From the NCBI RefSeq assembly GCF_009914755.1, contig NC_060934.1: a stretch of DNA of 64,000 bases. The stretch is one strand, 5' to 3'. How positions within the stretch are numbered: the stretch's first letter is position 1; every line of letters begins with the position of its first letter. Below the pieces are notes generated by a model. The model was not told where the DNA came from, made no database searches, and saw only the letters and a list, made by a program, of their open reading frames with translations. Below are positions 37,311-57,795 of the stretch, one piece after another. The translations under genes and the position numbers were made by a program. The stretch is from the human T2T-CHM13v2.0 reference genome, Homo sapiens.

Positions 37311-37651
37311 GTGGCACACCCCTGTAGTCCTGGCTACTCCGGAGGCTGAGGCAGAGGATCACTTGAGACTGGAAAGTCGAGGCCGCAGTGAGCCATAATT
37401 GCACCACTGCTCCAGTCTGGATGACACAAGACCCTGTCTCAAAAATAAAAATAAAGTAGCACTTCTAAGCCAAGTGCAGCTGTGCATGCTTGTAGTCCCA
37501 GCTACTCCTACTCCTAGCTATTCTGGAGGCTAAGATGTGAGGATCCCTTGAGGCCAGGAGTTGGAGACTGCAGTGCCTATTATTACACCTGTGACTAGCC
37601 ACCGCACTCCAGCCTGGGCAAGCCAGACCCTGTCAGGGAAAAAAAAAAAAA
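37311..37651 (+). mobile_element. Two tandem Alu monomer-length elements in the FGFBP3 3'UTR region, antisense to the mRNA
   Basis: Right-arm/FRAM-like sequences, each ending in an A tail. Confidence 0.8.
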
Positions 37652-38279
37652 AAGGTAGCTCTTCTAAAAGAATGGAAAGGAAATCATTCTGCAAAACTTT
37701 CCTTGGAGCCAGTTTTGACCTGTGAGGCTTCTGTCCCTATAGAGGTTATCTATGACACCCACCACGCCGCATCCAAGTTTATACCAATTCAGAAACGGAA
37801 AAAAAGTCTGCAGTCTTGTTAGCTGATTAAGTGAGAAGACATTGATTCAACCTGGCTCAGGTTGGCAATTGCTCATGGCTGCATTTAATAGAAATGTTAA
37901 ACAATAAACATTGCATCCCCCTCCCCACATGGGACTCACATCACTTTAGTCACTCTATCTCCCCCTTATTCTCAGCCTCTCTCTGCATCGATTTCTCTCC
38001 CCAGTCTCCAGTTTTTGCACATTTAAAGTACGCCTATTTCTGTTTCCATTATTTTTCCTGCTCTTAATCAGGACTGAGACTTTTCAAAATTTTTAACTTC
38101 TCTGCTATCCCAGAGATTCTCCATACCCCTTACACTCTCATCCCAAGCATCTCACCCTTACCCTTGCCCCCACCCCCATTCGAGAACCTGGACTTCTCCC
38201 CAATCTCTATCACAGTACCCCCCGGTCTAAGACGCCCTTAGCTTTCCCTTCCCCACGCCTCCCCCATCAACCCTCCCTA

Positions 38280-39260
38280 AGCCGGCAGGCAGTCTCAGCC
38301 GTTCCAGAAATTGACAAAGAAGTTGCAGAGGGAGTGCCACTTCTCAGCGCAGTAGGTCTCCGTGAGCTCCGCGTTCCCGTCCAGCCCGTCGGGGTCGGGC
38401 CCGGTCCCCATGGGTCGCTCCTCGTTGGGGACCAAGGCCGCCTTCCTCTTGCCCACGTTGGTCTTCCTCTCTGAGGGGTTTTCTTTGGGCGGTGCGCTTT
38501 GGGGAGGCGGGGTCCCAGCGGCTGGGCCGGACGCACGCTCCCGGGTCCGCCCCCGGTTCCGGGCCCGGGGCTTGGACTCCCCCGCGAATCCCGCGACGGT
38601 GGGGCGTGCGGGCGGGGACGCGCGGGGCACTAGCCGCAGCTCGGCGCCGTGGCCCTTCTTGCCCGCGCACAAGCGGGCCTGGAGCGGCGCGGGGTCGTGA
38701 CAGGGCCTCCGCTTCTTGCGCAGCCCTCCCAGCACCTGCTTCCAGAAGTGCGCGCGGCGAGCGGCGTAGGCTGCGCAGCGCTCCGGATGCCCGCGGTAGG
38801 CGCACTGGTGGCGCGCCCCGTCCGGGCTCTGGCAGCGCAGCGCCAGCTCGCTGCCCGCTGCGGCCTCCGGGGCGGGCAGCAGGAGCTGCCAGCTGCACGC
38901 GTGCTGCTCGGGGCTGAGGAAGCGACCCGAGGAGCCGCCAGTGGGCCCGGGGACCGGCTCCGCCACGTTGCTAGCCGCCCCTTTCTCCCTCCGAGCAGCC
39001 GCGAGGAGGCAACCACTCAGCAGCAGCAGCAGCGACGGCGACAGCGACGCTCGCAGCTTCGGAGGAGTCATGCTCCGCGGTTTCCGCGCTCCGCTGTTCT
39101 CAGACCACGTTTGTCGGGGCTGGACCAGGCAAAGAGCATTCCCCAGGACCTGCGGACAGAGGCAGAGACTGCCACCAACTGAGCCACACGCAGCGCTTCG
39201 CCCAGACACATGCACCTGCGAACTACTCTTCCGCAGACTTTCTAGAATCTGCAGCCTGCG
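38280..39260. promoter_or_regulatory. CpG island over the FGFBP3 coding exon
   Basis: Very high GC and CpG density against AT-rich flanks. Confidence 0.9.
38295..39071 (-). CDS. FGFBP3: Fibroblast growth factor-binding protein 3, 258 aa, single coding exon
   Basis: 777-nt ORF MTPPKLRASLSPSLLLLLSGCLLAAA...YCAEKWHSLCNFFVNFWNG, with a signal peptide, the FGFBP cysteine pattern and the C-terminal YCxExWxSLCxFF motif. Matches the recalled human protein. The longer ORF-track start (39215) lies in the intron. Confidence 0.97.
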   Translation of the reverse strand: MTPPKLRASLSPSLLLLLSGCLLAAARREKGAASNVAEPVPGPTGGSSGRFLSPEQHACSWQLLLPAPEAAAGSELALRCQSPDGARHQCAYRGHPERCAAYAARRAHFWKQVLGGLRKKRRPCHDPAPLQARLCAGKKGHGAELRLVPRASPPARPTVAGFAGESKPRARNRGRTRERASGPAAGTPPPQSAPPKENPSERKTNVGKRKAALVPNEERPMGTGPDPDGLDGNAELTETYCAEKWHSLCNFFVNFWNG

Positions 39261-39499
39261 AGGAGACCCTCTGAGGAGCTTTCCTGGGGAAACTGCTTAC
39301 TGTCTAAATAATCACTTTCGAACCATGTATGCATTGAGATTTTCTTCCCCTTGCAAATACGATAGCAAAACGATGCGTGATAATTGCCCCCTCTACCCCT
39401 TCCTTCATTTTCTCCCTTCTCCAACCTGCAATAAACTATCTACAAAATCATTTCAGATGATTCCTTGGAAACATGCACTTTACTACACTTTGAACTTAC
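39150..39499 (-). other. FGFBP3: FGFBP3 intron 1 (5'UTR intron, 350 bp)
   Basis: Minus-strand donor CG|GTAAGT at 39499 and acceptor ...gtctctgcctctgtccgcAG|GTCC at 39150. Confidence 0.75.
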
Positions 39500-39720
39500 C
39501 GAGTTCTGGGAGAGGCGCCAAAGCCTTATTAGGGTAGAGGGAACGACTGCACGGGGGAGTAGTCTGTTTTAGCCGGCTCCCTGTGAATGAACGTGGTATC
39601 AATGGAACAGAAGAGGCCTACCCTTCTTCGCCCCTCCCCGATTTCTCTCACACTGGGAGACTTATCACCGCCGCGCTTCTCTCTCTCTCTCCCTCTCTCT
39701 CTCTGTCTCTCCAGATGGAT
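39500..39720 (-). promoter_or_regulatory. FGFBP3: FGFBP3 non-coding exon 1 and proximal promoter; TSS approximately 39.6 kb
   Basis: Lies upstream of the strong donor; CpG-containing, with a (CT)n tract at ~39678-39710. The exact TSS cannot be determined from sequence. Confidence 0.55.
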
Positions 39721-40259
39721 GATGGAAGCGGTCCTGTAGTATGAAATACAAATCTTGTATTTTGCTTCCAATGTTTAAAATAATCAGGCAAAATTAACCA
39801 AGTTTTTCTTCTTTCATGTACTTAACCATCCAAAAAATAAAAATTAAACAAAAGATCTAAGTTTTAAAAGTTAAATAAAATGAAACAAAACAAACTTCAG
39901 TATTCTAAACTAGGCATTTTTTACACAATTATATCATTTACATTCTATTTCTCATATTCTGAGTTCTACATTTTTACCTATTATTTCCAATAGCCTTTCT
40001 TAAGACTCTCAATCTTAATAATTGTTACTACTAATAAAAATATAATATCCTAGTTTATTAACATACAATAGTGCCCAGCAGTTCACCCAGGAGTGGACAT
40101 TTGGGCTTTTTATTATTTTTAGGTATTAGAAATCAGTTATAAGGGTCCTCCAAAAATTAGAAGTTTAAAAAAATTATTTGTATTATAGTAGTTGAACGGT
40201 AAGATTACCAATTGAAATGGTATAATAGTTAAGAATGTGAGACCAGCCTGGCCTGGTGA

Positions 40260-40745
<486 letters not shown>

Positions 40746-42558
40746 TGAGCCACCTGCCTCAGCCTCTCAAAGTGCTGACCAAGCAAAGCTGTTTTTTCTT
40801 TCTTTTTTTTTTTTTTGCTCTTTTTAAAATTTTTATTTAGAAGCCTACTTGTAGAAGTTAGCATAATTTTACAGATTATTAGAAAAATTCAATTATTTTC
40901 TCTCTGCAAACAGTTATAATAGGTTAGGAATAATAGATTAGAAATGTACTACATTGCAAAAACAGTGGCCTATAACTATCTGTACATTTACTGTGCACCT
41001 TAAGGAAAAGAATTTGACAGTGTGCTATACTTACACTGCAGGTAACATATTTTTATTCTATCACACAAAACTGACCAGTGGTAGTGCTTGAATTTATAAA
41101 TGGCCATTAAACAGAATATTTAAACTGAGATGTATATTTAGCATGCTAAAAAGTGAAAAAAATTTCAACTGAAGTTCTGTGGCTCATCAGTTCAAATGTT
41201 TCATGGCATTTTTTTCTTTAAACGAAAAATTTTGATATTGTAAAACAAATAATTTTACATAATAAATGCAAAAGTATAAAATTTTCTAAATTTTTAGAAA
41301 GAATATTTCCATTCATTTTGTCATGGGTTTTGTGTGGCTCCTCTTAATATATTAATGATATTAATAAGACACTGGTCCTATACCACTTTCAGAGTCCATC
41401 TTCAATTAAAAACTGTAACAAAAATAAACAGTATGTAGAGTAACACAAAGTAAATTAAATATACTAAACTCACACAACAGGTAGAATAAAATGAAACCAA
41501 ATTACATAATGGCAGGTTATACATTTTAAAGACTCTCTTTCCACTTAGTCAAATAAGAAAGACATTGAAATGTTAACTTACTGATTTCTGTGGGGTTTTC
41601 CCCACTGGTTCAAATGCGAAAGTTTGATATAAATCTAATATTTTATTTCTGTACATTTAACATGATTCAGTATAATCTGCAGTCTCATGTATAGCTTGTC
41701 AATAATGCCATCATCACTGTATGTCAAACAAAAAACCTCACTGCTTACTAGAAATGCTAAACACTGGAAAAAATGGAATTTTATACATTTGTTTTCTTAA
41801 ATTTTGACAGATGTTCTTCAAAAAATTAAAACTGCCTTCCACAAAATTTTGTGTGTATATGGCACAAGTTGACAGCCAAAAAGTGTGAATTCCATCAAAA
41901 AGGCACTGTTAACAATACTCAGAATAATCTGACAAGGTCTACATCAATGTCTGAGTAAAGAATAGGTAAATAGACAAACCCTTATAAAAGACAGCATTAT
42001 TGTTTAAATATACTATAGCTATATAAAAAGAAATAAAGTGACACACAGAAATGACCCTTAGCAAAGCTGTTTTAAAACTTCAGAATATTCCATCATCTTT
42101 TAAAAATGTTCTCATTAATAAATGTGATTTTTTTTAATTGCAGAAGTTTATACCTCTGACTGTAATTTTTTTACACAAGTAAATATTTTACTTAAATACT
42201 TCCTCAAGATATCAGGAATTCTTATTATATTTCCTAATGTCCTCTTGCATATAGCATTTTCTATTACTGAACTCCTGTTAGTATTATATTTGAACAATTA
42301 TAGTTTGGTTACTACTATAAAAACCAAAATACTTTAGAATTAGAAGAATATGTTTAAATATATAGTAGTATATATTAAATATATAGCAATGTATATTGAC
42401 TTCAGAAAGGAAGTTTTTAACACTCTGGTAAAATCAGAGAAACTAGATAACTTGTCCAGGTTCACACATCATTTAGTGATAAAACCACTTACATCTTTCA
42501 GTGATCAGTGATCTTTATGTTTTGTCTTTGTATTTTACTATTAGTTATGTTTTAATTA

Positions 42559-42894
<336 letters not shown>

Positions 42895-43294
42895 TCAACT
42901 TATAATGAAAACCAATTTGTACCTATGAAGATTAGAAACATTAACAAGTTTCAAAAATAAGAGTAGCTAATTAATACATTTCACACTTGGAAGCCCTTTC
43001 TTTCCCAGAAAACTGTCTTTGTATATGTGAAGCATGGATGAGTAATCCCAGGCTTTTGTCTGTTGCCTTGGCATTACTTTTTGTTAACAACTACTGAACC
43101 GAATTGGTACCATTTTTAATGAAAGAATGACATCTTGTGGCATAATGCTCTAATTGCAATAAAAAAATTTATTATCTGAAAGCTGTAATTAAGAGATACT
43201 CCAGAGACCATGCTTCGCTGTCACAAACACTGTTCCCAGAGTAAAAAGTAAGGGCACATAGACATATTATGCAATATCAGAAAAGGGGAGTTAT

Positions 43295-50245
<6,951 letters not shown>

Positions 50246-50370
50246 TTTAGTTATTATAAATAATAATAACTAAAATAGTTAATCATAATAGTTAATATTT
50301 ATTTAATACTTAGTCTTTTCTTTTCATTGAAACAGGGTCTCCTTCTGTCACCCAGGCTAGAGTAGAGTAG

Positions 50371-50685
<315 letters not shown>

Positions 50686-52962
50686 TAGCCAGGATGGTCT
50701 CCATCTCCTGACCTCATGATCTGCCTGCCTTGGCCTCCCAAAGTGCTGGGATTACAGGCATGAGCCACCGCACCCAGCCTAATTAAAAAAAATTTTTTTT
50801 GTAGACATGAGGTCTCCCTATGTTGCCCAGGTTGGTCTCGAATTCCTGGGCTCAAGCGATCCTCCCACATCAGCCTCTCAACGTGCTGGGATGACAGGCA
50901 TGAACTATCACACCTGGCTAATACTTAGTATTTTCTAAGTGTGTCATGTATGAACTCATTTCTTCCTTATGACAATTCTATAAGTACAGGTTCATGATCT
51001 ATTATTTACAATTCTGAAATTGAAAATGGTCTGAAAACCACACTTTTAAAAACTCACCTATAGTCCCAGCTACTCATGAGGCTGAGATGGGAGGACTGCT
51101 TGAGCCCAGGAGTTCAAGACCAGCCTTGGAAACAGCAAAATGCCATCTCAAAATATATATATTTGGCAGCAAATCCTGGCCTGAACTGGCATATGCCTAT
51201 CTATAGTCTTTTACTTATTCCTCTTAGTATGGTTAGTCATACATTTTGCTGCAGCTCTATAAATATATTTGATTATAGAGTACTGCCCTACAAGCTGTTG
51301 GGATGCTGCATAATACAAGGTATATTCATTGGATTTCTTTTCAAAACCTAAATAATTCTTAACTCAGAAAACCATCTGGCAGGGGTGATGAACTGGTATA
51401 GATAACGGTGGTGAACTGGTACTATTATTATCCCCGTTTCACAGCTGAATAAATTGAGACTAGAAGTTGCCACTTACTCAAGTTTCCATTGTTAACAAAA
51501 ACAGTAAGCAATGTAGTTAATAATATTTTTGAGGGCTTCTCGTGGCAGTCACTTGGTTAAATGTTTTATGTGCATTAATTTAATCATCACCGCAACCCTA
51601 TGAGTACTATTATTATCCTCATTTCCCAGATGAAGCTTAGAGAGGTTCTAAAATTCCCCCTGGAGACACTGCGATTCAGTGTGGTGAGAAAGGATTTAAA
51701 AACAAGCCGGTCCAATATCAATATATTTGATTATTACACTATCCTTTACAAATCTACACCACCAGTCCTTTCCTCTCTTCTAATGCCATTTAGACTATAT
51801 ACCCAATTATCTGATAATAAAAAGATTTAAAAAATATAACTAAGATCATTTTACTCACTTGCTTAAAACTCTATGACTTTCTACTTCATATGGAGCAAAG
51901 TCCAAATTCCTTACGATGATCCCTTTCTACTTCTCCCATCTCATTTCCCAACAGAGCAGACTTCTCTTACGCCTTTGCACTACGTATACCCTCTTCCTGG
52001 AAGGCTCCCAGATTGTCACACATTTAGCTACCTCTTGTCATTTAGGGCTCAGCTTAAGCTAATCCTGTTTTTCCCTGATTTACCCAGTAAGAGTAGGTCT
52101 TTAATCATACCATTAATTCCATCATTCTCTTTACATAGCACATAAATATATTTTCAATGTTTATCTATTTTCTTTTTCCTTTCCTTTTAATGTAAATTCA
52201 ACCAGAGTAGGCACCTTGTCTGTTCTGGTTTCTTCAGAAGTTCCAGTCTCTCATATGGTAGGTGCTTAATTTTGGCTAAATGATTGCTGTACACGATCAG
52301 TAAAAAGTATCTGCTTGTTATTGAATGGTGGGAGATAAACTGATGAGGCAAGTAGGTGACTAAAGTGAAAATGTAAAGATATCTTGAACATCAACTTGAT
52401 TAGATTTTAATAGCATGAACACCGCCAAGCAGAGTTTCTGATACAGAGAGGTGACAAACATTTGTTGAATGACTGGACAATAAATATTATTACTAGCTTG
52501 AATCTTGAGGCAAATTACTTAACCTTTCTGAGCTTAGTTTCCTTGTCTACGAAGATTAAAACTAACTTTTCAAGGCTTCCCTACAAATTATATGGATAAT
52601 GCATGTCATGTGCCCAGCACACAGCAGGTACTTGTTAGTTTCTTTCTCTTTACATACATATATACTACTTTATGGTTTACAAAGTTCTTGTAAGCTCTTC
52701 TAGATTCATGACCTCATTTTATTCCCACAATCTTCTGCAGTACTTCTCATTAGCCTCATTTTACAGATGAAAAACAGACTCAAGGATTGAGACATAGCCT
52801 CTTCAGGTAATGAGAAGCCAATGGACATGCTTTATAAGCATAGGAGCGACATGATAAAAAGCAGTGAGGTTTTTTGAAGATTAATCTGTTGGCCTATAAA
52901 ATGGGCTGAACTGAAAATTGGAGAAATATTATTTTGACTACTAGCATAAAAATCAAGTTTAA

Positions 52963-53258
52963 GGGCCGGGCGCAGTGGCTCACACCTGTAATCCCAGCAC
53001 TTTGGGAGGCCGAGGCGGGCAGATCACTTGAGGCCAGGAGCAGGAGACAAGCCTGGCCTACATGGCGAAACCCCGTCTCTACTAAAAAATACAAAAAATT
53101 GGCCCGGCGTGGGGCTCGTGTGCCTCCCAGCTACTCGGGAGGTTGAGGCACATTTAGAATCGCTTGAACCCGGTAAGCGCAGGTTGGCAGTGAGCCGAGA
53201 TCGCGCCACTGCACCTCCAGCCTGGGCGACAGAGCGAAACTCGGTCAAAAAAAAAAAA
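52963..53258 (+). mobile_element. Alu upstream of the BTAF1 promoter
   Basis: Full-length Alu consensus. Confidence 0.9.
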
Positions 53259-53779
53259 TCAAGTGTAAGATGATAAGGGCCTGGCAGAAGTGTTTAAAAG
53301 CCTAATGAACTTAAAAATATTGAAAAGCCAGATAAGTCCCCCAAAGGAACAAAAATTTAAAAATGGTAGTTTTCAAATCTGGCTGGCTGAGAAAATGATG
53401 GTACAAACAACATAAACAATTGAGAAATCAAACTTGGCAAAATCGTTGGTCAGAAGACCTTCTCTCCAATACCTAGGCAGAACTTCTGGCAAATAATGAC
53501 AAACATCTGAGCCATTTCTTCAGTGTCATAGCGACTTTTTGCTTTCACTCCTCCCACTGGCTTCACCACCTGGACAAGAGCATGTTAAGGTCCTTCTGAT
53601 CTTGCTTCCTAGATGCAGTACGGTGGGAAGCAGAATCTGGGTAGTGTGGAATTAGAAACCAAGCTTTCGAAGTTCCAGGACTTGGACTAAATCGCCTTTT
53701 TCCTTCTCTGTCAAATAAGGGGACCCTTACTTCACCTCCTTCCCTAGTTTTAAGACTAGACACCCTCTCCACATCAGCA

Positions 53780-54400
53780 CAAAGCGCTTTTATTTAGGCG
53801 CGTGCCGCCAAACCAAAGGCGCTCGCGCCGAGCTAAGCTCCTGTCGGTGAGCTTACGTCACTTCCGGCGCGCTGACGCTCAGTTGTGCGTGCCGACGCCC
53901 GCGTCAGCAAAGAGCGGAGCTGAGGGTACCCGGTTTGAAGTCGTGCGGGTCGGAGGACTGCCGCCTCCGCTACCGTCTTGGACCCCTGCTTACCGGCCGC
54001 CGCGGGGACGAGCTCGGGTAGGCGGCAGGGCAGATGCCCGAGGGCCTGCGCTGGAACGCCCCACGCCGCACCGGCCGCTCCCCTGTGCTCCGCGGCCTGG
54101 GCCTGCGCCGCTCAGCTCTCTGGAAACTAGCGCCTCAGCTGCGCGGCGCGTAGGTCGCGGGGAGCTCCGAACCGCCGGCGCCCGGCCATGGCGGTCTCCA
54201 GGTGGGTCTTGCTCCTGACGAGCAAACTGGAAGGCGATTCAGGGAAGGCATGGTCTCCTCTTAGAGCCCCCACTCCTAGAGAAGAGCGGTTCTCATTGTC
54301 ACTGGGCTCTGGAGCTTTCTTCAGTAGACTTCGGAGTTCGCCCCGTGGTCGGCGGGGGTTTGGGCTCGGGTTACTCCTGGGTAAATCGGTTCAATAATGC
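53780..54400 (+). promoter_or_regulatory. BTAF1: BTAF1 CpG-island promoter and exon 1 region, with an ETS/CRE composite motif at 53853-53867
   Basis: CpG island; TTACGTCACTTCCGG overlaps CRE-like and ETS motifs; extra CRE half-sites at ~53873 and ~53902. Confidence 0.85.
54188..54201 (+). CDS. BTAF1: BTAF1 (TBP-associated factor 172 / Mot1 ATPase) exon 1 coding part: MAVS plus a split Arg codon; exon 2 not found in the window
   Basis: Strong Kozak gccATGG, then ATGGCGGTCTCCAG|GTGGGT donor. The recalled BTAF1 N-terminus is MAVSRLDRLF, and BTAF1 is known to lie divergent to FGFBP3. Confidence 0.88.
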
Positions 54401-55595
54401 CTTTTTCTTGTTAATAGACCCCTTGGCACGTTAGAGCTGTTTTTTCTCTTTCCTCACCATGTTTCTGTTCTCTGGTTTCTCTTCCCTCTTTCGATTCTAG
54501 GGGAGTCTCTTATCTTTCTCAGTATTCTAAGGCTGGTCCCTAACCTCCATTTCATGGGAAAACTTGGTAGTTACTGTCGATGGAGGGGAAACCTGAATTA
54601 CTATTATCTAAGAGACCGTCTAATTATGTTACCAGTTTTAATTTACGTTTTTAGGGGTATGTTCTTTCCTGAGATGTTTTTTAAAATTAAGTATAATTTC
54701 TCCTTTTGTTTGGCAGTAAACATTCCAACGTCAGCGTTGTAACCTTAAGCCAATTATCGTATTAGCATCATTTTCCGTAACTAAGGCGTGGAAGATAAAT
54801 CACAGATCTTATATTCTTTTGAAATATTGCCTGTCAACAGGAAAGCCCAGGAAAACTATAGAAAAACTAACGACATTTATTTGTATAGCTATAGGAGAAA
54901 CATTACTTTTTCCTCCGGTATGATAGAATGGTTGGAAAGCTTTTGTAAGCGGAATTTGGTGACCCTCTGTACATGTAATTAAGGGATAGTTCCTCTGTGA
55001 TAGTGATCGGATGGATTCACCAAGTTCCTTAGAGTTGATATGGTAACTTTTAATGAGAATTGGATTCTTTTACCATATAGACTGAAGGAATAAATGATGA
55101 AAACAAATAGTTTTCATTTTTTTATAATTAACTGAACACATTCTTTGAGCGTATTAAGTGCACAAGTTTTATCTGTTTTGCAAGGGAAAGGATAACCCAT
55201 TCCTTACAGACTCCCTAGATGACTGATGAAATAGTGTGTGGGAGAAGCCCATGGGAGTTGGGTGAAGGGGGTTGCTAGGTACCGTAGTATGGGGCATCTG
55301 ATTTTTATTTTATAATCTATTCAATGTGAGGAAATTTTTTTTTAAATAAAACTGCCTTGAGAGAATACAAGTGACATTTTACATTTTTGCAAATATAGAA
55401 AGGTGTATCTTCTAATTTGTTACCTCCCATATAAATGCATGAATATATACATTGTAAATGCATTGATATGTAAACTTAATATAACATTTATCAGGTAATA
55501 GTGTTTAAGGAGATGAGTACTTCTTTTCTTAGAGCAACCTGTGCATTTTCACAGGATTGGATGTAGCTTTATAAAGACAAAATGAAAGTGTTTAA

Positions 55596-55920
<325 letters not shown>

Positions 55921-57267
55921 AACACTAATCTCTTTACGGAATTTTAGGACAGTTAATATTTCTCAATGACTGAGTGGGTTTTGAAGGTACTGTCTTTTGT
56001 TCTGGATGTTGTGTTTCAAAGAGTAGCACTCTTTTTCTGTGGATTTTTTTCTCGTTCACTTTTTTAAAAGCCTGTCATGTTTTTATGGAAGAGCTATTTC
56101 TGTGCTTAGTTTCCTTGGGCTCAGTAGTAAGCCCAAGGAAAACATTTTGAGACACTTGTGTGTTTTGGGGATAGTGTCAATTCTTGACTTTTTCACCTGT
56201 GGATTTCTTTGAATGGCAAATTTTAGTTTCAAGCTGGCCTTCTCCATGCACGAAGCACAGTTCTGTGCTAACTAAACTTCCTTTCTCTCCTGTTGGTGCA
56301 GACTCATTTTAATACTATTTTACGTAAAATAGGTGGAAAATAGCCCAGGAGATAAAAATCATATGCTAAAATCAAATCTAAAATATTTTTTGCACTGTTT
56401 ATTTCATATGCATAACTGAAGAGAAACTGTAATATTTTTAGGACATTTCCACCAGAATTTCCAACAGATGGGAAATAGTAAGTTAGTACCATTATTCCCT
56501 CAATTGTCTGGTCAAGAAATTTGAGAATGTTCTTTGACTTCCCTTTTCCTCCCACACCCCATGTCCAGCCAGTTACCAAATCCAATCCTGTATATTCTGC
56601 CTTTCTAATCTTTCTCCAGCTGATCATTTTTCTTTCTATACCAGTTACCACAATCCTAGAACATGCCACCATCTCTAGTCCAAGACACCTTTAGAGAGAC
56701 GCTTCCCTTTTGTCACTGTAAAGCTACATCCAATCTTTTGAAAATACACACTCAACCCTAGGAAAGGAAGTACTCATCTCCTTGAACATTGTATCACCTG
56801 ATAAGTCTCATAGTAAGTTTATGTATCAATGTATTTGGTATTTGGACATGTTTAGTACAAGACAGGAGCCTCTCTCCTTTTCCTGCCTTCCATGGCATCT
56901 CATTTCAATCTGTTCTTCGCTTCAGTCATATTATTTACTGATTTGAAGATTTGAACATGAACATGGTAATCTTTCTAATTAATACCTTTAGTTGTTTCCT
57001 ATTGCCTTAGGATAAAGTCCACATTCTCAAACAAACATATCTTACCAAGTCCTTTGTGATCTGGTTCCTGTGTCATCTTTTTAGATTCATCTTGTGTCAA
57101 CTTCTCTGTACTTCCCCTTCACCTTCTTCTCTCTTCTATCCTCCACCCTCCCCAGAATTCATTTTGTTACCCCCTACTGTTTATCTTTGGAACACTTCTT
57201 AGCCCCATCTCAGGTATGGCTAGTTCTGACCTTAGTGTGTTTTTTTGTTTGATTTTTTTTTTTTTGA

Positions 57268-57426
<159 letters not shown>

Positions 57427-57795
57427 TAGTAGAGATGGGGTTTCTCCATGTTGGTCAGGCTGGCCTCGAACTCCTGACTTCAGGCGATCCACCTGCCTCA
57501 ATTTTTTGATCTAAGCTTATATATTACCTTGTTCAGGACATTTTCTCTGGTTTTACTTCATCTGAGCTATTTGCACCAATACATATTCCTATCAGTCATA
57601 ATATTTATATTTTGTAATTGGTTAATTGTTCTCTTACTTGCTGGATTAACATAAACTCTGAGAGAAGGAAATGTGTCTTTGATTTTTCCATGCTCAGAAT
57701 GCCTGGCTCCTAGTGGGTGTTCAGTACATTTAAAAAAAAAATGAATGAATGATTTTGCTTCTTGCTTTGGTACCTTTTGAGTTGCCATATGAGTT

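Noticed and set aside
38295-39215. 306-aa N-terminally extended FGFBP3 ORF
   Set aside because: The upstream start is a non-ATG codon inside intron 1; the signal peptide begins at the ATG at 39071.
38344-39537. Several overlapping 112-198 aa ORFs on both strands
   Set aside because: Expected shadow ORFs of a GC-rich exon; no recognisable domains.
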